A stretch of 22,713 bases of DNA, taken from NCBI RefSeq assembly GCF_004010195.1, contig NC_057719.1, forward strand, positions 64,107,196-64,129,908. Direction: 5' to 3'. A model generated the notes under the pieces. That model saw nothing but the letters and a program-made list of their open reading frames with translations. It was not told the origin of the DNA and searched no databases. How positions within the stretch are numbered: the stretch's first letter is position 1; each line of letters begins with the position of its first letter. This stretch comes from Chiloscyllium plagiosum. Lineage: Eukaryota. Shown here piece by piece: positions 1 to 11,339 of the stretch. The position numbers and the translations under genes were made by a program.

Positions 1-639
1 AAAAAGCTTTTTGAGCAAGATTGTATTCAAAACATTTAACAAAAAAAAAAATAAACATTGGTAAAATGAAGTGATCTTCGAGACTCTCAACATTTTTTTT
101 CTCGTACCATCAGATGCATTGTATTTGCACACTGCAGACAAATCATGGTGGGTATCATCGCAAGTTTACAGCTTGTTGCACTTTTAAAGTTTGAAGCTCA
201 AGTAGATGCTAAAAATTAAATAGTTTTAATCTATTTCCTGCTGTTTCTGCAGTTGAACCTGCTTTTTATTTGTCAGTTATTGATTGAAATTTTGATTGCA
301 AGTCCAAACCACTCATTTATAAATATTTTTCATTTTGAGAGGGAACTTGTGTAGAATTGAACACCTTGGCATTGCTTCCTGAATTTTAGGAAGGTTGTTC
401 TCATTGGTTGGTGTTTAGTTAATTCTGTCCTTGGTCAGAAGATGTTCACACAGTTGCAGGTGAAGTTGTCATTGCTGCTGTGCACAATTTGTCCTCATTC
501 TCCAAAACATCAACCTAATTTATTGCCTGTTGTACTTAAGGTATCTCAAATGTTTGAAGTGTAGCTCACATCAGAAATAGTGATAAGATGTAAGATATTG
601 AACAATAACATATCACAATGTTATATATTATGCATATTT

Positions 640-1375
640 GCTTACGAGATATGGGCAACACCAGCCAAGCCAGCATTTATTTGACATCCCTAATTATCCT
701 GGAGAAGATGACAATGAGCTACTGCCTTGAATTGCTGCTGCCTGTGGAATATAGGGGCACTCGTGCTGTTAGGAAGGGAGTTCAGGGTGTTGACACTGCA
801 ACAGTGAAGGAATGCATCTGTTGCCCTTGTCCTTCAAGGTAATAGAAGTTGGAAGTTTGGAAGATGCTTTCAGAGTTATCTTTGTGAGTTACTGTCATGC
901 ATCTTGTGCACACTACCACTGTGGTAATAACGAGGGAGCCAAATAAGTTAACTACTTTGTCGTAGATGGTGTTGATCTCCCTGTAGTGTGTTGGAACTAC
1001 CAGGCAAGTGGACAGGATTACATTATATTCCTGAAATGTGCCTTATACAGGGTGGACAGACTTGCAGCATTTGTAGCCTCTGATCTGCTCTTGTGCATAC
1101 AGTATTTCTGCAGCTGATCGAGTTCCGGTTTTGGTCAATGGTAAACCCAAGAATGTTGGTCGAGGGGGATTCTTTAGTGATGACGCCATCAAATATCCAC
1201 AGGCAGTTGTTACAGAAAAACTATTTTCTAATCAGCCTGTTCAGAGTTTATTGCTCTCATCTAGAACAGGTGGGTCTCAAACCTAGGCCTCCTGGCTCAA
1301 AGGTAGGAATGCTACCACTGCACCAAAAGAGTCTTGCATTCTGTTGTTGGGGATCGTCATTGACTGGCATTTCAG
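640..1375 (-). mobile_element. 3' fragment of a CR1/L2-group LINE (here 'family A'), degenerate
   Basis: ccagcatttatttgacatccctaatt (about 670-695) and the following bases are the reverse complement of the LINE tail at about 4860-5047 (gcaataaatgctggcc). Similarity continues to about 1375 and is interrupted by a SINE. Confidence 0.75.
1222..1333 (-). mobile_element. Short tRNA-derived SINE inserted in the LINE fragment
   Basis: Minus strand reads tggtgcagtggtagc (A box) ... ggtttgagaccc (B-box-like), then a short body. LINE-like sequence resumes on both sides. Confidence 0.65.
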
Positions 1376-2396
1376 AACCATTTCATATATTTGAGGCTTG
1401 ACAGTACTGGCTGGATTTGAGATCTCCAGCCTGTTACGTTTGCCCACTCTTGTGATTGGCCAACTTGTGACAGGTGAGGCTGTAATGTCTCTCCGTGTCC
1501 AAAATACTGGAGGCGAATTCAGCTGCTAAACCACCTATTCACAAAATCAAATTTTACTGTCACTATTTATTTCCAAGTGTCTACAGTTACGGTGGTGCAT
1601 TTGTTAAACACCAAGTATTAAGTAGATACAAAATTCCAACAGCCAACCTGACTCCTGAACTATGGGAATTGCATTCATTGATATCTTTGCTAGCGGTGGT
1701 TTTCTGAACTGAACCAGGGTGAAAATAGTTTCAGCTGAGCTTTTATATATTTTGGTGTTAACAATGGTTACTGAAAAATGTTGAACACAGATATTGTGGG
1801 AGATGATGTCAAACTTAAGTCCACCATTATTTGTGTTGGCTTTGATTTAAACTATATAATGTTTTAGGAAATATGATATAGTTTAAATTTACGCCAGGAA
1901 TGGGCAATGCTTTTGGATACAGAACAGCATCTGCATACAGAAGTTATATGGGGATCATAAATACTCATGCTAAAAAAATTAAAGATCAATTTAGGTGTAA
2001 ATAACCTTTTTATTGTAATACCATGATAATATTGTATTGCAACAACTAACCAAATCAGCAAGAGTAGCACCACTGAATTGCAGCTGTCACAGTCAAGTAA
2101 ACTGCTGTTTAAAATGCATAGTTTGCATGACTCATCTGTTCAGATAGAAAGATTTGTTGAAAGATTGAGATTGCTTGACACGTGCATATCTTGAGACTTA
2201 CTGAAGGTACTGCACCCTCTCAACTTTTCATTTCAACCCCTCATTGACCAGCAGAGTTTGGGAGGTGAAAGTGAAGTGATTGTTGCACTGGACATGAGTT
2301 TGAATCATGATATGGTGAAAATTGACTTCCATGAAATCTGTTTTATTTTTTAAAAAAATGCTAGGCTATCATAACCACTGTCCATTGTCCTAAAAT

Positions 2397-5047
2397 GCTA
2401 AATGGGACAGCCTTTGAACAGATATAGCTATTCAAGACTGGGCATCCATGAGATACTGTGGGTCGTCATCAGCAGAATTGTACACCATCGCAATCTACAA
2501 CCTCGTGGCTTGGCGTAACCCTCACTCATCTGTTGCCGTAAAGCCAGGGGGTCCAACTTAATTCAAATCCGAGTGTAGGAGGGCATGCCAGGAGTAGCAC
2601 CAGGTATACATTAAAAATTAGGTGACAAGGTGGTGAAGCTACCAAAATGGAAAAGTAGCAAGTGATGGATCTAAAGTGATTTCTAAAAACTGATCCAACG
2701 GATCAGATCTAAGTTCTGCGGTCCTGACACATCTAGTCATGAATGCTGGAGGAGGAAGCTCCAAAAATAACCCCATCCTCAATCATGGAAGAGCCCAGCA
2801 CGTCTGCAAAAGAGAAGACTGAAGCAGTTGCAACAATCATTAGCCAGCAGTGCTAAGTGGATGATCCAACTCTACTGCCTCTCGTTATCCCCAGCATGAC
2901 ATATACCAATACTAAGCCAATTTGATTCATTCCACGTGTCGCAATAAAATGGCTTTAAGAGGTGTATTTTGTCCTTTTTATGGAAAAAGGATTGATTAGA
3001 GGTACTGATAAGTCTGCTTCAAAGCCCATAAAGTAAACAACTTGAGAGGTGTTGGATTTGTTTGATTTTTTTTTTAAAGTTGCAACAATGAAAGCAGGCT
3101 GACTGGGTGGGATCAAGCTCCCACAGAACCATGATTTCTAGCTTTGCTTTACGTTTCAGTCGCAGCACATTTTTGCCTGCTACTCTGTCTGTCTCTCTCT
3201 CTCTGAGTTTTCTCAATTTTTTCCTTTCTTGGACTGGAGAATTGCAGTCTGAGTCAAATCTGTTTTCCTGAATTTTGCCTTTTGCCAAGGGTGTGTTTAT
3301 GGGATGTTACTATATGGAACCGTTTAATTAGTAGTAGTTAATTTTTTTTTGATAGACTTGCAGTTAAGTCAGACCTTTTGTTTCTATTTTGTCTGTATTT
3401 TAACTAGTGTAAAAATAAAGTGTGTTTTGCTTAACATTGAATAATTTGACCAATTGAATTGCATCTGGAACACAGCACCTTACACTTACTTTCAAGATAA
3501 GGAAAGGTTGGTGTCTAGACTATCTTAATATATTTTGAGGGGGTTTGATCTGATCCATATCCTGGAACTGTTGGAGGCACTATTACTGCAAAAGCTATGG
3601 ACCCTGACAATATTCTGGTGATAGTACTGAAGACTTGTGCTCCAGAACTTGCTGCTCTCCAGCTAAGATCTCCCTATACAGTCACAATTCTGGCACCTAC
3701 CCAACAATGTCGATAATTGCCCAGGTATGTCCTGTACACAAGAGCAGGATAAATCCAACCTGTCCAATTACTTCTCCATCAGCCTACTCACAAGCATTAG
3801 TTCAATGATGGAAGGTGTTATTAACAGTGCTCTACTCAACAATAACCTGCTCAAATGGCACCCAGTTTGGGCTCTGCCAGGGCTACCCATCTTCTGACCT
3901 CCCTACAGCCTTAGGTAAAACATGGACAAAAGAGCTGAATTCCAGAGCTTTGATGACGGTGACAGCCCTTGACATCAAGGCCCTATTCAACCAAGTGCTG
4001 CATCAAAAAGCCTGAGCAAAGCTGAAATCAATGGGTATTAGGGGCCAAACTGCTGGTTGAAGTCATATCTGTCACATGGGAAGATGATCACGTTTGGCGG
4101 GTAGTCATCTCAGCTCCAGAATATCTCAGCAGGAGTTCCTCAGGCTAGTGTCCAGGCCTAATCATCTTCAGTTACTTCATCAATGACCATCCCTCCAACA
4201 AAAAATCAGATGAGGGGATGTTTGCTGATGATTGCTCAATATTCAGCACCATTTGTGACTCCTCAGCGACTGAAGCATGCAATATTCAAATGCAAATGAT
4301 ATGGAAAATATTCAAGCTTGGGCTGTCAAATAGCAAGCAACATTTGTACCACACAAATTCTACCCATTAACCTTTCTAATAGGAGACAATCTAACCAGTG
4401 CCCCTTGACATTCAATAATGTTACCTTCACTCAATCGACTATCCCCACTATCAGCAAGCTAGGGTTACCATTGACCAGAAACTCAACTGGACTCATCACA
4501 AAGTGGCTACAAGAGCAGATCAGAGATTAGAAGCACTGCAGTGACTAACTCACCTGACTCTCCAGAGCCTGTCCATCTACAAAGTACATATGAGAAGTGT
4601 GATGAAATACTCCTTTGAGTGCAACTCAAAGAACACTCAAGCTGGACAACATTCAGGAAAAAGCAGCTTCCTTGATTGGCACCACGTCAACAAGCATCTA
4701 CTCCTTCCACCACCAATGCTCAGTAGCATTAGTGTGTACTTTCTACAAGATCCACTGAAGAAGTTCACAGAAAATCCTTAGCACTCTCCACCTAGAAGGA
4801 CAAAGGCAGCAGATCAAAGGGAGCACCATCATTTGCAAGTTTACCTCCAATCCACTCAGCATCCTGACTTGGAATTTACCACTGCTGGGTCAAAATCCTG
4901 GAACTCCTGCCCTGAGGGCACTGAGAGTCATGGAGTGCAGCAGTAAAAGAAGGAAGCTGGTCACCATCTTCTCAAAGGCAGCTAGTGCTGAGCAATAAAT
5001 GCTGGCCACTCAGCAATGTCCATGTCCCACAAATGAAGAAAAAGAAA
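2397..5047 (+). mobile_element. 5'-truncated CR1/L2-group LINE (family A): degenerate ORF2 (RT) plus 3' tail, split by an insertion at 2937-3559
   Basis: Decayed RT motifs in order: KSNLSNYFSISLL (about 3750-3790), QFG, ALDIKALFNQVLH (ORF 3815..4015), GVPQASV (4132-), MFADDC (4218-4235). The tail is caataaatgctggcc...aaatgaagaaaaagaaa. Many frameshifts and stops. Confidence 0.9.
2937..3559 (+). mobile_element. Probable solo LTR (about 620 bp) inserted in the LINE
   Basis: LINE sequence breaks at tccacg (2936) and resumes at about 3558-3570 (ggaggcac...actgcaaaagctatgg). The insert starts TG, has a (CT)n tract (about 3189-3204), AATAAA at 3414-3419, CA at 3556-3557 and no coding signal. No TSD is visible. 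Confidence 0.55.
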
Positions 5048-5139
5048 TACCCATCTGCTTCAATCATCCTTTGGGCAAAGAAAATCTCCTTCATTTGGTC
5101 TGATTTTGTCTGACGCTCGGCCTGCAGAAACATGATTCA

Positions 5140-5220
5140 TTAGCCAATTAGTTCAAAGGGTATTAGAGATTGACACAAATGCCAGCCTTGCCATGATACT
5201 CTACTGTATATGAAGAAAAA
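5140..5220 (+). mobile_element. Degenerate SINE/LINE family-A-type 3' tail
   Basis: gttcaaagggtattagagattgacacaaatgccagccttgcc...tgaagaaaaa resembles the tails at 4975-5047 and 6262-6300. Confidence 0.5.
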
Positions 5221-5269
5221 TCTACAATTTGTGTGACCTATTAATCTCTTACTCTGCAGCTCTTTCGTC

Positions 5270-5420
5270 ATTGTGTCCCCTGGTTACCAATCCATATGCC
5301 ACCAAAAACAATTTCTCCTTGTTTCCCTAATTATTGCCCTTCATGATTCTGATTACCTCTATTAAATCTACCTTTAACCATCGCTCCTGCAAGGGCAGAT
5401 CATCTCCCAGCCGATTGCTC
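5270..5420 (-). mobile_element. Old CR1 LINE fragment (ORF2 C-terminal region)
   Basis: ttcatgattctgattacctctattaaatctacctttaacc matches the typical antisense CR1 3' ORF2 pattern, also seen at about 13300-13340. Confidence 0.5.
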
Positions 5421-5996
5421 CACAAGCCGTGATTGAGGAGGCTGTGTCTATACTCTCCAGAGTTCAAAAATAATCAAAACGTGCCAAATTCTTAGAGATG
5501 TCAGCAAATGCTGAAAACATATTACCTGGGCTGGGATGGGGAGTATCTAGTGGAATCTGGCTTGATTATGTTTGAGAATGAGAATCATTATATGAAATCC
5601 TACATTCCTGCAATCTCATGAAAGAACTGCATGCCTCTGCCCTTTCTGTACCATTTTTTTTAAATTGCTCCATTATTTACTTTGTGAATTCTCTTTCCTT
5701 CACTTTCTTTTTGAGCAGTTCATTATTTAGTAACTAACTATGCTGTTAGTGATCAATTTTATTCCCTTTCACTGCTGGCTCATTGACCAATGGAAAAATA
5801 ATTTTGTCTCTTAACTCGTCAAAACCCTTCAATTTTAACACATTAATTAGATCTTCAGAATTATGAGAAGATTAATCGTTCTAAAAAAGGAAAAAAATTG
5901 CTTCTGCTCCTCCTTTTGGCAAATAGAGAGCAACTCTCTTCCATTTCTCCATTGTTTAAGCCCTTTAATTTTCATATCTTTGCCTCCCTTTTTACA

Positions 5997-6300
5997 GTGA
6001 TATTTAGTAATGTCCACTGGACTGGTGCTCCAAAACCTCCAGTTAATGTTCTGGGGACATGGGTTTGAATCCCATCGTGGCAAATGTCAAAATTTGAATT
6101 TGGTAAGTTTCTGGAAGTAAAAGCTTGCCTACCGGTGACCATTTAAGCACTGTCGCTTGTTGTAAAAATGTATCTGGTTCACTAATGTCCAAAGGAAATC
6201 TGCTCCTTCCACATGACTCCAGACCCACAGCAATTTGGTTGATTCTTAACACCCCATGAAGATTTAGGGATGGACAATAAATGCTGGCATAGACAGTGAT
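5997..6300 (+). mobile_element. tRNA-derived SINE with a family-A LINE tail
   Basis: The head has a B box (gggtttgaatccc, 6061-6073). The central body is tctggttcactaatgtcc...gactccagacccacagcaa. The tail tagggatggacaataaatgctggc is shared with the LINE end at about 4983-5006. Confidence 0.75.
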
Positions 6301-6304
6301 TATC

Positions 6305-6600
6305 TCCAAAGTCTTGATATTTCAAGTAGACAAGCAAGAGACTGGAAAAACAGAGCAAGACAGACTCATCAGGAGGTGGAAAAGTCGATGTTTCAGGTGC
6401 GGCCCTTCTTCAGGACTGGGGATGGGTGTAAGGGGAACATCATGTGGCTGTACTAGTGAGTTTGTTTCATCATATGGACAAAGAGCTGAGGAGGTCACGG
6501 CACTGTGGCAGTGAGAAAGGGACTCAGTGATGCACGTCTGAGGGAAGCTGAGAACTTCTTCAAAATGGGAATTCTGAGGAAATTGATATTTCCTGAAGCA
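6305..6600 (-). mobile_element. Degenerate Penelope-like element fragment (terminal repeat plus a probable ORF remnant)
   Basis: ctggaaaaacagagcaagacagactcatc...gtcgatgtttcaggtgcggcccttcttcagga parallels the terminal repeat at 13795-13870. The identity of 6480-6600 is less certain. Confidence 0.6.
6383..6417 (-). ncRNA. Decayed minimal hammerhead ribozyme motif
   Basis: Minus strand reads AGUC-CUGAAGA-A-GGG-CCGCA-CCU-GAAAC-AUC-GACU. This gives both core boxes and a 4-bp helix I (AGUC/GACU), but the helix III palindrome is lost (ACAU instead of ACGU). Confidence 0.55.
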
Positions 6601-6708
6601 AACTATCTAAAACTGAATGTGATCTTCCAAACATTCTCTTCTGTAATTTTAACATTTACTCCTTAGCCTTTAAAATCAGTTTTATAAATTCCCTTCTTTA
6701 TTTGACAA

Positions 6709-6850
6709 CCTGGTTAGCTCAGTTGCTGGAAGGGTGGTTTGTGATTCAGACTGATACTAACAGCATGGGTTCAATTCTCACGTCAGCTGAGCTTACAATG
6801 AAGGACTCCTTCTTAACCTCTCTCCCATCCATGGTGACCTTCAGGTTAAT
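6709..6850 (+). mobile_element. tRNA-derived SINE, 5' part, truncated
   Basis: A box (tagctcagttgctgg) and B box (gggttcaattctc, about 6767-6779), followed by a non-tRNA body that abuts an HE1-type SINE. Confidence 0.65.
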
Positions 6851-7016
6851 TCAGCATAGCCAATCTACCTGACCTGTACATCTTTTGACTGTGGGAGGAA
6901 ACTGGAGCACCCGAAGGAAACCCACACAGACACGGGGAGAATGTACAAACTCCACACAGCCAGTCGCCAGGATCCCTGGCGCTATGAGGCAGCAGAGCTA
7001 ACCACTGTGCCACCCC
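6849..7016 (-). mobile_element. HE1-type V-SINE, partial
   Basis: gactgtgggaggaaactggagcacccgaaggaaacccacacagacacggggagaatg is the antisense V domain and ctaaccactgtgccacc is the antisense A box. Homologous to 19611-19800. Confidence 0.9.
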
Positions 7017-7149
7017 TCATGCCATATACACTTTTCTGTCCTCTGAATCGATGTTTAATCATTCTGCCATAATTGATTTTTAATTGTGTGACCTAATTGT
7101 CAAGCCATTTTCAAATGCCTTTTGAACACATCAACAGCATTTCCTTGAG

Positions 7150-7500
7150 CAATACATTTCACTGTGTCCTCAAATGATTTGTAAATTTGTCACCACTGCC
7201 TTTTACAAATCTATTCTGTCATTTGTGACCTTTTTAAAGTGAGTATTGATTTTATCTTGAATTATGAATTCAAGAATCCTATCTGCCACTGACAAAATGC
7301 TGACTGGACTGTGGTTATCCGATTTATCCCTTTTGTTTCCAGAGCAGAGGCCCTTTATTGATAGCTCTCTTGTGACATACCTTCCACATTCAAGCATGTT
7401 TGAAATATTGTGACAGAACTCTGCTATTTCCTTTCTGAGCATACCAGGCCAAAATAGTCCATTACAGTTTTCAGTTTGAGTTCCACCCATTTTGTTCCAG
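7150..7500 (-). mobile_element. Old CR1 RT fragment
   Basis: ORF 7203..7490 contains DKSDNHSPVSILSVADRILEFIIQDKINTHF, a decayed NYRPVSLTSVVGKLLExIIxDxI motif. Confidence 0.7.
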
Positions 7501-8495
7501 TGTTCATTTTTGATCTGTGTTTGTTAAAATTGCCCTAACTTCTTTCATTCATTTGGTTACACTCTTCTGTGAAGACAAGGCAAAACACTCAACGATATCT
7601 CTTCCACTCCGTCGTCTCCATAACATTTCCTCAAACAATTTGCTGACTCCTTTTCTAATAAATTAATTTACTTCTTAATTGATCAATCATTTATTATTTG
7701 TCTGTATGTCTTCATATCTCCCTTCTAGTTATTCTAATCTTGCTTCCCTTATAAACTTAGTTTTCTTTTACATATTAAGCTCTGAATTGTTTATTTAAGT
7801 CATTTAAATTTTTCTAATTATTCAAGGGCCTCTGGAGCTCAATGGTATAAGTATCGTGGGGAGAATTTTCACCTGTGCAGTATCTTAATGTCCAGTCTAG
7901 TGTTTGCGAATGCCTAGAAGCGGATCACTATGTTCAGGTAATGTACAGCATGAAGAATCCCAAGAAGGGGACACAGAAGGAGTCTTGATCTTAATGTAAG
8001 CTTTCATTATTTTTGTAAGTTAACCTTTAAACCACACACAACTACTAATAAACACTAAAATCAGTACGACAGTAAGCACAGCACATTTTTTTCATTCTTG
8101 ATGCAAGGTATTGTGTAAGGCATTTTTTCTACTAAATAACTTCAATCAATGTCATGGTATTTCAGGCATATAATTATAAACCATAATTAGTGAGTGCTGT
8201 TTTAATGATTGGATTCAGAACACTTTTCTCCTGATGGAAATCTGATTTTTATCTGTCAGAAAATTCAAGTGCAATTTATTAATTAAAAATCTGTGGAATT
8301 GCTTTTTTAAATTTCTGCAATAATTCTGTAAATGGGCATTCTCTGAGCTTATTAGATGATATTAGATTTTAATATTGAGGAATTTTACTATGCAGTCAAA
8401 TTGTTCTTGTTAAAAGGAGTTAAACACCAGTTGCAGCCTGAAGCAGTTCAGTCAGAAGATGGTGAGTTCAATTTCTGTCTCAAGACCTGAGCACA

Positions 8496-9285
8496 AGTGG
8501 TAGGTAAATTGTTGGCGGGGATTCTGAGATTAGGATTAACATGCATTTGGAGAGGCAGGACTGATTAGGAATAGTCAGCATAGCTTTTTGCATGGGAAAT
8601 CATGTCTCACAAACTTGATTGATTTTCTTTTTGAAGACATGACCAAAAATATCAACATAGACTTTAGTAAAACCTTCTCTGACAAGGTTCTACATGGTAG
8701 ACTGATTAATAAAGTTAGATTACATGGGATTCAGGGAGAGCTTGCCAATCAGATACAAAATTGACTTGATGGTGAGAGATAGAGGGTGTTGACGGAAGGT
8801 TGTTTTTTTCTTGCTGAAGGCCTGTGATTAATATTGTGCTACAGGGATTGATGTTGGGTCCTCTGCTGTTTGTCATTTAAATAAATGATGTGGATGAGAA
8901 TTAAGAAGGTATGGTTAGTAAGTTTGCAGATGACATCAAAATTGGTGGTATAGTGGACAGTGAAGGAGGTTATCCAAGGTTACAATGGAATCTTGATCGA
9001 TTAGGCCAATGGACTAAGAAGTGGCAGATGGAATTTAGTTTGATAAAGGTGAGGTGTTGCATTTTGGTAAGATAAACAATTGCAGGATTTTTATGGTTAA
9101 TAATAGGGCCCTGGGCAGTGTTGTAGAACAGAGAGAGACATAGGGGTTCAGGTACATACGTCTTTGAAAGTTACGTCACAGGTAGACAGGGTGGTTAAGA
9201 AGGCATTGAGCATGTTTACCTTCATTGTTCAGACCTTTGGGTTGGGACATCATGTTGTGGTTATACAGGTTGTTGATGAGACCTT
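8496..9285 (+). mobile_element. CR1 (HER1-like) RT fragment
   Basis: VVGKLLAGIL..., SQH.F.HGKSCLTNLIDF, KFADDIKIGG (about 8920-8948) and KWQMEF, with frameshifts. Homologous to 11027-11327. Confidence 0.9.
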
Positions 9286-9989
9286 GGTTTCTTTCCAAAA
9301 ATAAGAAATGTTTAGAGTGTAGCTTCTTTTACATGGTTATCTCCATATCTATAGATTCAAACACCCTGTGTTAATTTGTAATATGAATTTCCCACAGTCA
9401 TATAATGTTATGCATGGTGTATATGCTCGGGTTACAGCTTATAGGAATGGAAGAGGCAATTCTGTAGAAGTTTCAATTAAGAACAAAAGACATCATTCTG
9501 TAAATCCATGCTGATGTTTAATCTCTACAGAAGCAATTATCCTAATCCTCTTGCCTGCTTTTAATCTGCTTTTTCTTCAACTGTCTATCCAGCATGTTCT
9601 TAAAAATATGGATGTAGCCTCTGCTTAATTCACTGACTATAGTCTTTCAATTTTTTGTGAAACCAAATTGCCCTAATATTTTCTATCAATTACTGAAGTA
9701 CACTTTTCATTAATTTAAGCTCTTTTATGAAATGATTGCTCCATTCTTAATGAACACCTCCCCAATTCTTCATATCTTCACAGTAATATTCATATGAGAC
9801 AGCTTCCTATTGAATCCATCTTATTACCTTTCCTGTTTTCTCAGCATTCTTCCAATATTCTGGACCACAAAACTGCATACAGCCCTCCAATTGTGCTCTT
9901 ATTAAATTCATCATTACACATTGACTTTTACATCTCTTGTTGTACAATGCAATATTCCATAAAATAGAAAGAGAAAATGCTGGAAATTA

Positions 9990-10160
9990 GAATTCACCCT
10001 TAACTTGCTCTGGTTTAAGGGAAAACCCTAGTTTCTTTAATCTGTCCACATAACTGAAGTCACTCACTATAGGTATAATTGCAGTAAACATCCTCTATAC
10101 CCTCAGCAAAGGTTTGTATCTTTCCTGAATAAAATGTGATGCCCAAAATTGTTCAAGTGG
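9990..10160 (-). mobile_element. Old CR1 fragment
   Basis: cacccttaacttgctctggtttaagggaaaaccc...gtaaacatcctctataccctc...gtgatgcccaaaattg fits the antisense CR1 ORF2 C-terminal pattern. Confidence 0.55.
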
Positions 10161-10386
10161 GAGTTCAGTGCACAGGAGAAAAAAGGTGCATTAAGTAAGG
10201 TTTATTGTGAGGAGTTATGTATAGTCATAGTTATCAGTAGTTGTAAGGTTTACTAAGTTGAGTCAAAGTAAAATAACATTAATATAAGAAAAGCAAGTGA
10301 AACAAAAGTTAACACCAGTGAAGTAGAGTTAAGGCACCACACAGAAACTTGGTCACATTGAATGCATGTTATGTATTATGTGGGAA

Positions 10387-11327
10387 GTCATAGAGATGTA
10401 CAGCATGGAAACAGACCCTTCGGTCCAACCCGTCCATGCCAACCAGATATCCCAACCCAATCTANNNNNNNNNNNNNNNNNNNNNNNNNNNNNNNNNNNN
10501 NNNNNNNNNNNNNNNNNNNNNNNNNNNNNNNNNNNNNNNNNNNNNNNNNNNNNNNNNNNNNNNNNNNNNNNNNNNNNNNNNNNNNNNNNNNNNNNNNNNN
10601 NNNNNNNNNNNNNNNNNNNNNNNNNNNNNNNNNNNNNNNNNNNNNNNNNNNNNNNNNNNNNNNNNNNNNNNNNNNNNNNNNNNNNNNNNNNNNNNNNNNN
10701 NNNNNNNNNNNNNNNNNNNNNNNNNNNNNNNNNNNNNNNNNNNNNNNNNNNNNNNNNNNNNNNNNNNNNNNNNNNNNNNNNNNNNNNNNNNNNNNNNNNN
10801 NNNNNNNNNNNNNNNNNNNNNNNNNNNNNNNNNNNNNNNNNNNNNNNNNNNNNNNNNNNNNNNNNNNNNNNNNNNNNNNNNNNNNNNNNNNNNNNNNNNN
10901 NNNNNNNNNNNNNNNNNNNNNNNNNNNNNNNNNNNNNNNNNNNNNNNNNNNNNNNNNNNNNNNNNNNNNNNNNNNNNNNNNNNNNNNNNNNNNNNNNNNN
11001 NNNNNNNNNNNNNNNNNNNNNNNNNNTCCAGATCCTGTTGTAATCTGAGGTAACCCTCTTCGCTGTCCACTACACCTCCGATTTTGGTGTCATCTGCAAA
11101 CTTACTAACCGTGCCTCTTATGCTCGCATCCAAATCATTTATGTAAATGACAAAAAATAGAGAACCCAGCACCGATCCTTGTGGCACTCCACTGGTCACA
11201 GGCCTCCAGTCTGAAAAACAACCCTCCGCCACCATCCTCTGTCTTCTACCTTTGAGCCAGTTCTGTATTCAAATGGCTAGTTCTCCCTGTATTCCGTGAG
11301 ATCTAACCTTGCTAATCAGTCTCCCAT
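10387..11327 (-). mobile_element. Young 5'-truncated CR1/HER1 LINE spanning an assembly gap
   Basis: Uninterrupted WRPVTSGVPQGSVLGSLFFVIYINDL...KFADDTKIGG on the right of the gap. The CR1 3' tail (catagagatgtacagcatggaaacagacccttcggtccaac) lies on the left, in the same orientation. Confidence 0.92.
10465..11026. other. Assembly gap (562 N)
   Basis: Run of N characters. Confidence 1.
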
Positions 11328-11339
11328 ATCATAGTGACC

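Noticed and set aside
114..147. Micro-exon (polypyrimidine-cag ... ATG|GTGGGT)
   Set aside because: The splice signals are plausible, but no frame gives a recognisable peptide and there is no partner exon.
1495..2073. Short ORFs 1495..1707 and 1864..2073 as host genes
   Set aside because: They start at non-ATG codons, show no recognisable domain and have lengths expected by chance.
6709..6790. Functional tRNA genes here and at 1270-1333, 6000-6080 and 19611-19690
   Set aside because: A/B boxes are present, but there is no full cloverleaf and each runs into a SINE body.
10362..11053. Long plus-strand ORFs of 205-228 aa
   Set aside because: They are artefacts of translating through the N gap.
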